The position numbers were made by a program, and so were the translations under genes. From Planctomycetota bacterium (lineage in GTDB: Bacteria > Planctomycetota > SZUA-567 > H5-PLA8): 64,000 bases of DNA. Positions 20,359 to 29,305 of this stretch are shown one piece after another (the stretch's first letter is position 1; every line of letters starts with the position of its first letter). Location: positions 1 to 64,000 of the forward strand of contig BTVV01000013.1 in the NCBI GenBank assembly GCA_045863855.1. The letters are read 5' to 3'. The notes under the pieces were generated by a model. The model ran no database searches, was not told the DNA's origin, and was given only the letters and a program-made list of their open reading frames with translations.

Positions 20359-22251
20359 CTACTCACCAAATGGGTTGGGCGCTTTGTACGACGCATCCAA
20401 AGCCATCAGAATTTCCGTGCTGCGGCGATGCCGGTCGCAAAGCGCGCGGAACGCATCGCGGTCCAGTAATTCATCCACATAAAGTTCGGCGCTAACCGGA
20501 GTTGGGATGCGTGCGTAGCGGCCCTCCCACTGCACGTCCACTTGATCCGTGACATCTTTGCCCGCACGGTCGTAGACCGCGAATCGCGGTTGGTCCTTGA
20601 AGTACACGGCCAGCGTCTGCGCTTCCCAGCCCAGGAAAACCCACACCTTTGTCTTTTTGCGCTGCGTATCGAAGAACACGGGAACCATCATGCGAGCATC
20701 GCACGCGAGGTCGGGATCGTCGGCGCGGGCCGCCCAAGTCTCGAATCGGCCGATCGCGGACTCGAGGGCCGGGGCGTCGAACATCCGATCCAGATCCGCT
20801 TGCGGGAGTCGCCCCAAGACCTGTGGAAGCGCGAAATCGGCCGCGCGTGGCGCGGGAAGGCCCAACTGCCGTAGCGCCAATCCCGCCGCGCCAAGATGCA
20901 GGTCCATCACTTCCTGCAGTTCGGCAGCCACATCCATCTCGACGGGTCCGGCTGCCGTTAGCCTATGCATCGAACGAAGCGCGTCGTCTCCGAAGGCTTC
21001 TCTGAGTGTACTTCGAACGGCCGCATACCCCAGCACTCGCCGCAAATAGTGCGTAGGCAGCGGCTCGATATCCAGCCGCGGCCGGATGGTGACCTTGGGC
21101 CGGTCGTTCGGCTCGGGCATGCCGCAGCCCGCCGCGGGAATTTCAAGCTGCTTGATCTGCGTCTCGCGCGCCAGCGCCATGAGGCTCTTGAATAGCTTCT
21201 CAAGATGCTTCGCGTAACGCGGCGAAGCCTCCGCGCGTTGGTGCTCCGGCAGTCGAGCGTAGGCGACCAGCGGTTCCAGGGACCACGCCACCCAGTCGTA
21301 CCAGCCGCCATCCGGCTGCAGCGCCAATTTCCCGTTGCGAACGCGGGCGATCAGTTCGTCGATGAGGCTGAAGCCGTCCGGTATCGGGCGGTTCCCGTAG
21401 AGCTTTTTGACTAAATCCGTCTCATACGCGCGGGACGGCGGCAAGAACCGGTACATCGGAGATTCGGGTGCGAAGCGTCCCGCATCGAGTTGCCGCAGTA
21501 GTCCGCGCAAGTCGGGCGCGTCGGCCGAGAACGGATTGACCAGCCACTCCACCATGCTCAGGTAGCGTTCGTAAGTCGCCCGCACTTCGGGTTTGGCGTG
21601 CAGCGCCCGTGCGAGCGCCTCGACGCCGGCGATCTCCTTCAGGTCGCTCTGCAGCATGCGATCCTGGCGGAAGATCCCGCGCAGTTCGTCGGACCACGTA
21701 TAAAAGGAAATGGGCTTGGAACGAAGTTCGTCGCCGAGGAACTCTTCTTTAACCTGCTCGGAGCGTTCGCGAAGAGGCAGAGGGAGGTCCAGTCGCTGTC
21801 CGCCTAATTGCGCTGCGGCGGCCAGCGTGGCGGTTGTGGGCCCGGCGATTGTATTCAGATCGGAGACGAGTTCGCGCAAGACCCGCGCTTTGCCCGAAAA
21901 CGTTCCGCAGCTGCCTTGTGCGGCAAGTTCGACGGCCGCCACTAAGCCGTCGTCGAACTGCTTCGCTTTTTGCGCCAGTTCTGCAGCCGAAACGAACCGC
22001 TCGGCGCATTCGGACGCTTGAAGCGCTGCCGGGGCTGGGAAAAGCGCGCTAGAACCATATTCAGGCGGCAGGTCGATGCGGAGAGTCTGGGTAGTGGGAT
22101 CGATCTGAGCGCGATAGTCATCGGCCTCGGTGCTGCCGCCCGCAGGCAGGCCTGCGCCCGGCGCGAGGGCAGGCGAAGCGCCGAACCAGCCTTTTATGCG
22201 ATCCGCCCAAGAAGCCACGCGCCGTTCTCCAGGTAGCTTGGATGGAAGCAT
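20359..22251 (-). CDS. Hypothetical protein (~630 aa)
   Basis: Long ORF with ordered-looking sequence; 5' extension in the ORF track overlaps the cytochrome gene so start moved to ATG 22251 (a later GTG is possible). Confidence 0.65.
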   Translation of the reverse strand: MLPSKLPGERRVASWADRIKGWFGASPALAPGAGLPAGGSTEADDYRAQIDPTTQTLRIDLPPEYGSSALFPAPAALQASECAERFVSAAELAQKAKQFDDGLVAAVELAAQGSCGTFSGKARVLRELVSDLNTIAGPTTATLAAAAQLGGQRLDLPLPLRERSEQVKEEFLGDELRSKPISFYTWSDELRGIFRQDRMLQSDLKEIAGVEALARALHAKPEVRATYERYLSMVEWLVNPFSADAPDLRGLLRQLDAGRFAPESPMYRFLPPSRAYETDLVKKLYGNRPIPDGFSLIDELIARVRNGKLALQPDGGWYDWVAWSLEPLVAYARLPEHQRAEASPRYAKHLEKLFKSLMALARETQIKQLEIPAAGCGMPEPNDRPKVTIRPRLDIEPLPTHYLRRVLGYAAVRSTLREAFGDDALRSMHRLTAAGPVEMDVAAELQEVMDLHLGAAGLALRQLGLPAPRAADFALPQVLGRLPQADLDRMFDAPALESAIGRFETWAARADDPDLACDARMMVPVFFDTQRKKTKVWVFLGWEAQTLAVYFKDQPRFAVYDRAGKDVTDQVDVQWEGRYARIPTPVSAELYVDELLDRDAFRALCDRHRRSTEILMALDASYKAPNPFGE

Positions 22252-22289
22252 GCTACCAGCGGGGCAGTCCGATGGAAGACGGGTGGCCG

Positions 22290-23933
22290 CTACTTTTTCT
22301 CCGCGCCGCCTTGGCCGTAGCGCTCCTGCATGGCTTTGCGAATCGCCTCCGTCTGGCCTTCGGCGCCCTCTTTGAACCACTTGTGCTCGGGTCGCGCCAG
22401 CAAGGAGTCGATCACTTCGTTGACGGCTTTGGCTTGATCCGCCTTCCCGTGTTCGGCGGCGTGCTTGGTGATCTCGCGCGCCTGCGGAATCAGGTGGATG
22501 TAAAAGCGTTCGGCTACTTCGAACATGCCGTGCCAGTGTGTGTAGTCCGGCGCCATCATAGAGGCGCCGTGACGCGCTCGCCGGCCTTCGTGATGCCACA
22601 AGTAAAACCAGGTCCACTCGATCTCTTCGTCGAAGTCCGTCTTTGTACGCAAGCCTTGCTTGAGCAGTTCATTCATGATCTGCATGCCGGGCTTGGCGAA
22701 CTTCTCGTTGTAGAGCACGACCAAGTCATCGTACTGCTTATAGAAACCGTTGATGTAATCCGAGGTATGGCAGTGGCTGCAGCCGTTCTTCATGCGCTGG
22801 CGCTTCTGGTCGGCCGTATCGGCGATGAGTTTCTTGCGCTCCTCTGGATCCGTCGATGTCACGATCTGGTGGTTGGCGTCGGTATCCATGCGCAAGCTGA
22901 TGGGCGGACGATTGGTCCACGAAATGCGCTCGCCCGGATCGTGCGTGGCCGGCTCGCGCGTATTGGCGGACATGTGGCACGTCGCGCACGTCGGCGCGGC
23001 GTTGTAGTCTTTGCCCAGAACCCAGGAATCCGCGTCGAGGTTCATTTGCTCGCGCAGGTCGCGGTAGGCCACGCCGTGTTTGGACTCCTCGTAGATCTCT
23101 TTTTGAGGGTGATCCGGCCCCAGGTGGCACTTGCCGCAATTCTCGGGCTGCCTGGCGCGCCGCGGCGAGAAATCGTGACGGCTGTGGCATGCGCTGCACG
23201 AACCGCGGCTGCCGTCCACATTGAGCCGTCCGATACCCGTATTGGGCCAAGTGGAGGCATGGAAAAGCGGTTTGCCGTCATCGTTCTTAACGATCTTCGC
23301 CATGGCTTCGTGGTTGGTCGGCTTACCGTCGGGTCCGGGTTTCAGATCGTCGACATTGATCATCCCGCCATCGGAACTTTGAAACGCCACTTTGCTGCCG
23401 TGGCACTGCTGGCATCCGCTGAAGGCGCTCGCCATGCCGTTTACCGAAGTCACGTCGAACCCCGGCGTGGGCCCGTGCGGATTAAAGGTCGCGCGGTGGC
23501 CTTCGACGGTCTCGGCGAGGAAGTTATCGAGCGACGCAAGAATATTCCCGCCCTTGGAATGATGACTATGCGCGAATTCCAGCGCTTCCTTCTGATGGCA
23601 TTTACCGCAGTCGCGCGGCGTGACAACCGTGGCAAGCGTCTGGCCGAAATGCGCGAACGCGTCGGCATCGCCGGATTCCGCCTGGTGGCATTCCACGCAG
23701 CCGACACCTTTGCGTGCATGGGTGCTGCCTTCCCAGTGAGCCACGATGCCCGGCTGGGCTTGCTTATGGCAATCGACGCAGGTTTGTGACGAGGCCGGAA
23801 TCGCGATGTGCGGCTTAGCCAGCCCCGCTTCCTCTTGCTTGCGCACGACTTCCATCCATTGAACGAAGATCAGCGAAACCAGGAACAGAATGCCCAGGAT
23901 CCCGATGATCGAGCGCTTGGTGGTCAGTTGCAT
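22290..23933 (-). CDS. Membrane-anchored octaheme cytochrome c, hydroxylamine oxidoreductase (HAO)-like
   Basis: Eight CxxCH motifs (CVDCH, CVECH, CGKCH, CQQCH, CSACH, CGKCH, CATCH, CSHCH); HAO-family motifs CHSRHDFS..ARQPENCGKCHLGPDHPQ.EIYEESKHG, APTCATCHM, HHEGRRARHG.SMMAPDYTHWHG; N-terminal TM helix. Confidence 0.88.
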   Translation of the reverse strand: MQLTTKRSIIGILGILFLVSLIFVQWMEVVRKQEEAGLAKPHIAIPASSQTCVDCHKQAQPGIVAHWEGSTHARKGVGCVECHQAESGDADAFAHFGQTLATVVTPRDCGKCHQKEALEFAHSHHSKGGNILASLDNFLAETVEGHRATFNPHGPTPGFDVTSVNGMASAFSGCQQCHGSKVAFQSSDGGMINVDDLKPGPDGKPTNHEAMAKIVKNDDGKPLFHASTWPNTGIGRLNVDGSRGSCSACHSRHDFSPRRARQPENCGKCHLGPDHPQKEIYEESKHGVAYRDLREQMNLDADSWVLGKDYNAAPTCATCHMSANTREPATHDPGERISWTNRPPISLRMDTDANHQIVTSTDPEERKKLIADTADQKRQRMKNGCSHCHTSDYINGFYKQYDDLVVLYNEKFAKPGMQIMNELLKQGLRTKTDFDEEIEWTWFYLWHHEGRRARHGASMMAPDYTHWHGMFEVAERFYIHLIPQAREITKHAAEHGKADQAKAVNEVIDSLLARPEHKWFKEGAEGQTEAIRKAMQERYGQGGAEKK

Positions 23934-23951
23934 GAAAAGTGACTCCCTGAA

Positions 23952-25001
23952 TTAGTGCGCAACGGCGCCTTCCCATACGGTTAGCCCCACGATGGCCAGC
24001 ACGGCCACGACACCTACCCACACGCTGAATTCCGACTTCGGCCAGAAACGCCGAATCCAACCGTCCAGCAGCGGCCACATGAACATCGTGAAGAGGATAA
24101 AGCCCATGCTCAGCACCGCGGCGGTGCCCGGGAAAAGTTTCAGCCAGCGGAACGTAACGTAGAAAAACCATTCAGGTTTGATCACTTCGGGCGTGATGAG
24201 CGGATCGGCTTTAGGTCCCAGCTCGGCAGGAAAAACCGTAGCCAGAACGCTCAGCACAATCATCAGCACTAAGCCGATCATCAGCTCGGTATACAGATGG
24301 TCGGGAAAGAAATTGAAATGCTTGGGCTCGTTCGGCTTCTCGTCCTCAAATTGGAACTCCGTCACGCCCTGCAGGCGGAGCAAGGTGATATGTACGCCCA
24401 AGAGTCCGACGATCGCCACCGGTAGAGCCGCGGCATGCAGGATGAAGAAGCGTGGCAGGGTCTGCTGATTGTAAACCTCCCCGGCCAACAGGAGGCGTTT
24501 CATCAACGGACCGATCAGCGGGACCGTTTCGTTGATGTTCGCGCCGACGGTCGCGCCCCAGTAGCTGAGTTGTTCGTAGACGAGGCTGTAGCCGGTGAAT
24601 CCCGTCATCAAGGTGCAGACGAGCAGGCACATGCCCACCATCCAGTTTAATTCGCGTGGCTTGCGGTAAGCGCCGGTGAAAAAGACGCGCATCTGATGCA
24701 GGATCACCGCCGCGATCATCAGCGTCGCGGCCCATTTGTGAATGCTTCGGATATACCAGCCAAAGGCAACCTCGTGCGTGATATGGCGAACGGACTCATA
24801 GGCCCGGTCGGGCGACGATTCGTAATACAAGGCCAGCAGGATACCGGTGACGATCTGGACCACGAAGAGGTAAGCGGGTGTTCCGCCCAAGCAAAACCAC
24901 CAGCGCCTCAAGTGATTCGGCACCGGCTCGTTGGTCATTTCACGGAGCTGTTCGCCGCGGATTGGGATACGCTCTTTGAACCAAGCGTTTATGCCGAACA
25001 T
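23952..25001 (-). CDS. Cytochrome b of a Rieske/cyt b complex (b6-type, fused with subunit IV-like part)
   Basis: WFCLGG (heme ci Cys), RSIHKW..ILHQMRVF, YRKPRELNW, SYWGA, FFILH-x14-H, FFPDH, KPEWFFY. Confidence 0.92.
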   Translation of the reverse strand: MFGINAWFKERIPIRGEQLREMTNEPVPNHLRRWWFCLGGTPAYLFVVQIVTGILLALYYESSPDRAYESVRHITHEVAFGWYIRSIHKWAATLMIAAVILHQMRVFFTGAYRKPRELNWMVGMCLLVCTLMTGFTGYSLVYEQLSYWGATVGANINETVPLIGPLMKRLLLAGEVYNQQTLPRFFILHAAALPVAIVGLLGVHITLLRLQGVTEFQFEDEKPNEPKHFNFFPDHLYTELMIGLVLMIVLSVLATVFPAELGPKADPLITPEVIKPEWFFYVTFRWLKLFPGTAAVLSMGFILFTMFMWPLLDGWIRRFWPKSEFSVWVGVVAVLAIVGLTVWEGAVAH

Positions 25002-25002
25002 G

Positions 25003-25575
25003 TCAGGATAACTCCTGGGGGCCGGCCACTTCGCTTGCCGACAGGCCTTCTAGTTCCACTTCGATGAATAGCAGTCCGTTCTCTATAAGGAGCGGATAGC
25101 GCCCCAATGACTGTCCTTTGGGCGGGCCTTCGGTACCCAGTCCGGACGGGTTGAAGACGCCATTGTGGCAGGGACAATAGAAGCGGTCGTTTTGAGCTTA
25201 CCAGTGAACCTTGCAGCCCAGATGAGGACAGACGCTGGAAAGCGCGATGAAATCCTCGACGGAGCCCTGCGCCTGCTGGCGGGCGATCGTCACGCCGGCG
25301 CCGGTTGGCGTGCGGAATTCCTTGGCGCTGCCCATCGGAAAATCTTGTACGGTGGATACGAACATCCATCCTTTTGCGGTAGCACCTGACGGATAAAGGT
25401 AACGGGCAGCGAACGACGCGAAGGTTCCATAGCCGGCGACCAATCCGCCAGCCATGGCTAAGGCCGAAAGCTTGGCCAGAAAGTCTCGGCGCTCTGGTGC
25501 TTCAGGCTCTGCGTTCGAGTGAGAGGTCGTATTCACGTGATGGGCTATGCTCCAGCTCATGGCATCGGAAGGCAT
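25003..25575 (-). pseudogene. Rieske 2Fe-2S protein interrupted by an in-frame TAA (25198-25200)
   Basis: Tat motif ERRDFL; CPHLGCKVHW-TAA-AQNDRFYCPCHNGVFNPSG..EGPP; frame continues to TGA at 25003-25005, 1 bp before the cyt b ATG. May be a sequencing error. Confidence 0.85.
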
Positions 25576-25800
25576 TCTTGCTAAGAGGACCTATATGTCT
25601 ACTATAAAAGTCGGATTTTCACCATGCCGCTCATATTTGGACACCAGAGGGTCGATTTTGTGGTGCCTTCGTTCGAATGCCGCAGCATCGGGAACGTGTG
25701 CATACGAGTGAATCTGGAGCACATTTCGTTCAGGTTCGACTTCAATGCACTCGAACTCATAAAGGGGGGGCTATTCTCACGCCCAAATTCAGTCAATCGA

Positions 25801-27249
25801 TCATATTCGCGTCAACGCGGCAAAGGCAGCCAGTGCTGCATCGCGCGCGTTCGCGTGATCGACTAGCGGGTGCGGGTAGGTCATGCCTAAATGCACGCCG
25901 GCCGCGCTTCGTTCCAGTCCCGGGCATTCCCAAGGACGATGTACATATCGATCGGGAAGCGACTTCAATTCGGGCGCCCAGCGCCGCACGTATTGACCCT
26001 GAGGATCAAACTTCTCGCCTTGGCTGACCGGATTGAAGATGCGGAAAAACGGAGCCGCGTCCGCGCCGCAGCCGGCCGTCCATTGCCAGCCAAGCGTATT
26101 GTTGGCCAGATCCGCATCGACCAGTGTATCCCAAAACCAGCGCGCTCCTTCGCGCCAGGAAATCAGCAGGTCTTTCACCAGGAACGAGGCCACGATCATG
26201 CGTACGCGATTGTGCATCCAGCCGGTGTGCCAGAGTTCGCGCAGCCCCGCGTCTACGATCGGAAATCCAGTCGCTCCGCGCTGCCACGCGTCCAAGGCAG
26301 GCCGATTCCTGCGCCAAGGGAAGGATTGGAAGGATGCTCGCAAGGGTTTGTGCGGCGTGTGCGGAAAATGGAACAGCAGATGATGCGCGAACTCGCGCCA
26401 GCCGATCTCGCGCAAGTACGTCTCCTCGGCGCGCACCCAGCCACCGCCGGAAGTTCGCTCCGCCGAAGCCCGCACCGCGTGCCAGACCTCGCGTGGGCCG
26501 ATCTCGCCAAAATGCAGGTGCGGCGAAAGCCGCGAGGTCCCTGCTTGATCGGGCCGGTCGCGGCCGGCAGGATAATCCGCGAGGATGCCAGTCGTAAATC
26601 GCTTGAGGGCCGTTCGTGCACCTTTTGCGCCGGGGGTCCAATGCGCGTGAAAGCCGTCCGCCCAATCCCGGCTTGGCAGAAGCCCCAGCGAGTCCAGGGA
26701 TACGCTTTGCGGCCAGCGGCTGGGAGCGGGCAGCGTACGCGGGCGCGCCAGCGGCTCCGGCGGCTCAGGTAGTTTCAAGCAGGCTTTCCAGAACGGGGTG
26801 AAGACCTGATAGGGCGCCCCGCCGCCCGTTTGCACCGTCCAGGGCTCGAAAAGCAGCGCCGCGTTATGGCTTTCAGCCTCCCAGCCTTCTGATTTGAGCG
26901 CGCGCTTGAGCTTCGCATCGCGCCGAATCGCCGCAGGCTCATAACGCCGGTTCCAATACACCGCATGCGCGCCGGTGGCTTGCGCCACCGAACGTAGTTC
27001 GGCCAAACTTTCGCCGCGCCGAAGGATCAGGCGGGAGCCCTGCTTGGCCAGTTCGGCGTGCAGCGCCGCCAAGGAATGATGCAGCCACCATCTGCTGGCG
27101 GCTCCGGGCGCCCACGGTGCTTCCTCTTCGGGCGCCCAGATGTATACCGGCACGATAGGACCGCCGCGAGCCAACGCCGCACGCAATGCAGGCTGGTCGT
27201 CGAGTCGCAGATCCTGGCGAAACCAAACTAGGGTGGGCGATGCGGGCAT
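25801..27249 (-). CDS. phrB: Deoxyribodipyrimidine photolyase (class I CPD-like)
   Basis: WFRQDLRLDD, TSRLSPHLHFGEI, WREF, TGFPIVDAG, GWMHNRVRM, LVDADLANN..GWQW, FFRIFNP. Confidence 0.95.
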   Translation of the reverse strand: MPASPTLVWFRQDLRLDDQPALRAALARGGPIVPVYIWAPEEEAPWAPGAASRWWLHHSLAALHAELAKQGSRLILRRGESLAELRSVAQATGAHAVYWNRRYEPAAIRRDAKLKRALKSEGWEAESHNAALLFEPWTVQTGGGAPYQVFTPFWKACLKLPEPPEPLARPRTLPAPSRWPQSVSLDSLGLLPSRDWADGFHAHWTPGAKGARTALKRFTTGILADYPAGRDRPDQAGTSRLSPHLHFGEIGPREVWHAVRASAERTSGGGWVRAEETYLREIGWREFAHHLLFHFPHTPHKPLRASFQSFPWRRNRPALDAWQRGATGFPIVDAGLRELWHTGWMHNRVRMIVASFLVKDLLISWREGARWFWDTLVDADLANNTLGWQWTAGCGADAAPFFRIFNPVSQGEKFDPQGQYVRRWAPELKSLPDRYVHRPWECPGLERSAAGVHLGMTYPHPLVDHANARDAALAAFAALTRI

Positions 27250-27589
27250 CGATCGGCTTTCGAATGGTCAGGCGGTAAATCCTCTGCGCCTGTTGAACCT
27301 TGGGGTAGCCGCTGAAAGTAGGGTGCATCTTACCGGCCTCGGCGTCACACGCCAATGGCCACCCTCAAGTTTGACAGAAGGCCTCGCCGAGGGGTATGAA
27401 TAATTCGCCTTGGGAGGACGTTCCGATGTACGCATGCTTTTCGATGTGACCGCCCCGCTTGCCTCCATCGCGCCATCCGGCGCGCCGGCTGTCCTGTTTT
27501 GAAATCAGAGTATATCGCCGCACCTGAGGTTGGCGCATTCGCGCGAGCCGGTACGATGCTTATACGGACTTAAAGCAAGGAGTCTTACC

Positions 27590-29299
27590 GTGAGCAAGGT
27601 TCTGGTAACGAGCGCGCTTCCGTACGCCAACGGCCGCGTGCATCTGGGTCACTTGGCCGGCGCCTACTTGCCTGCCGATATCTACGTTCGCTGGCGGCGG
27701 TTGAAAGGCGATGACGTGGTCTTCGTCTGCGGGAGCGACGAGCACGGCGTCCCGATTACCTTAAGTGCGCTGAAGCAAAATACAACGCCGCAGGCAGTGG
27801 TGGACGAGTATCATATCTCCAATGGAGCCGCCTTTGCCGCCGCCGACATCCGCTTCGATATCTGGAGCCGTACCAGTTCGCCCGAGCACCACGCGCTTGC
27901 CCAGCATTTCTTCAAAAAACTTCTGAGTAAAGGCTTCATCGATAAGCGCACGACCCAGCAATACTACAGCGAGCAGTCGAAGCTCTTTCTGCCAGACCGG
28001 TATGTGGAAGGGATCTGCCCGCGTTGCGGCAAGGACGGCGCGCGCGGAGACCAGTGCGACGCCTGCGGCGAGACCTACGACGTCACCGAACTAAAGGAAC
28101 CGCGCTGCGCCTTGCCCGGCGACCGTTCCACGCCGGTGCTGAAGAACACCGACCATTGGTTCCTGAAGCTCGACGCATTTCAGAGCCGGCTCGAAGCGTA
28201 CGTGGCGGAGCACGCCGAGGCAGGCGCGGAACCTTGGCGCCTGGGCACGCTGCGCGGTGCGCAAGGCTGGCTCAAGCAAGGTCTGCGCGCGCGCTGCATT
28301 ACGCGGGACACCGAATGGGGCGTCAAAATTCCGCTGGCCGAGGCCGATGCCGCGGGGAAACGCCTGTACGTTTGGTTCGACGCGCCCATCGGGTACGTCA
28401 CTTTTACGCAGCAACTTTTCGCGAGGCGCGGCGATCCCGAAGGCTGGCGCGCGTATTGGCAGGATCCCGAGTGCGCCATTTACAACTTCATCGGCAAAGA
28501 CAACATTCCCTTCCATACAGTGATCTGGCCAGCCATGGAACTGGGCTACAACGACGAGCCGGATCCGGGCGAGCGTCCTTACAATCTGGCCGCGCAGGTG
28601 GTGGCGAATGAGTTTTTAAATTTCGGCGGCGAAAAGGGAAGCAAATCGAAAGGCAACGCGGTGGAGATCGCCGAGTTCGTCGATTTGTTCGGTGCCGATC
28701 CGCTCCGGTATTACCTGACTTCCATCGCCCCCGAAGAGAACGACAGCAACTTTACCTGGACCGATTTCGCGCAGCGTTACAACGGCGAATTGGCCGACGT
28801 CCTCGGGAATTTCGCGCACCGCACGCTGACCTTCACGCATAAATATTTTGACGGCCGCGTGCCGGAAGGAAGGCCGCCGGGAGAGGCCGAGGAGCGACTG
28901 CGCGCCGCCACCGATCACGCTTGCAAGGTATCCGCAGAGAGCCTGGACCGGTTACGCTTCAAGCAAGCGCTGGCCGCGGCCATCGACCTCGCGCGCGAAG
29001 GGAATCGCTATTTCGACGAAAGGGCGCCTTGGAAGCAGCGCAAGGACGACCTCGATGGCTGCGGCACGACCTTGCGCGTCTGCCTGAAAACCGCCGCCGC
29101 GCTGGGTCTGCTGCTGCGTCCGTTCCTGCCGGAGAGTTCGGCAAGATTACTAAGCTGTTTCGGCCTCGACCGCAACGCCGTGCACGCTCCGGGAACTGCG
29201 GCGCGCAACGCGCGGGAACTGGTTCTGCCCGGCCAGACGCTGGGCAAGCCCGAGGTATTGTTCAAAAAAGTGGAGCCCGACCAGCTTCCCGCGCACTAG
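27590..29299 (+). CDS. metG: Methionine--tRNA ligase (no C-terminal tRNA-binding appendix)
   Basis: TSALPYANG..HLGH, GSDEHG, CPRC/CDAC zinc knuckle, YVWFDA, FIGKDN, KGSKSKGN (KMSKS variant); GTG start after AAGGAG. Confidence 0.96.
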   Translation: MSKVLVTSALPYANGRVHLGHLAGAYLPADIYVRWRRLKGDDVVFVCGSDEHGVPITLSALKQNTTPQAVVDEYHISNGAAFAAADIRFDIWSRTSSPEHHALAQHFFKKLLSKGFIDKRTTQQYYSEQSKLFLPDRYVEGICPRCGKDGARGDQCDACGETYDVTELKEPRCALPGDRSTPVLKNTDHWFLKLDAFQSRLEAYVAEHAEAGAEPWRLGTLRGAQGWLKQGLRARCITRDTEWGVKIPLAEADAAGKRLYVWFDAPIGYVTFTQQLFARRGDPEGWRAYWQDPECAIYNFIGKDNIPFHTVIWPAMELGYNDEPDPGERPYNLAAQVVANEFLNFGGEKGSKSKGNAVEIAEFVDLFGADPLRYYLTSIAPEENDSNFTWTDFAQRYNGELADVLGNFAHRTLTFTHKYFDGRVPEGRPPGEAEERLRAATDHACKVSAESLDRLRFKQALAAAIDLAREGNRYFDERAPWKQRKDDLDGCGTTLRVCLKTAAALGLLLRPFLPESSARLLSCFGLDRNAVHAPGTAARNARELVLPGQTLGKPEVLFKKVEPDQLPAH

Positions 29300-29305
29300 C
29301 GGCCC

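Noticed and set aside
25198..25200. Programmed recoding (Sec/Pyl) of the Rieske stop
   Set aside because: The codon is TAA, not TGA or TAG, and the position is not a ligand; other genes here end in TAA normally
22290..25575. Evidence for anammox or ammonia oxidation
   Set aside because: No hydrazine synthase, amo or cycAB genes in the window; HAO-like proteins are widespread and often reductive
27250..27589. T-box leader for metG, or small ORF 27268-27468
   Set aside because: No T-box consensus or terminator seen; the small ORF has no supporting features
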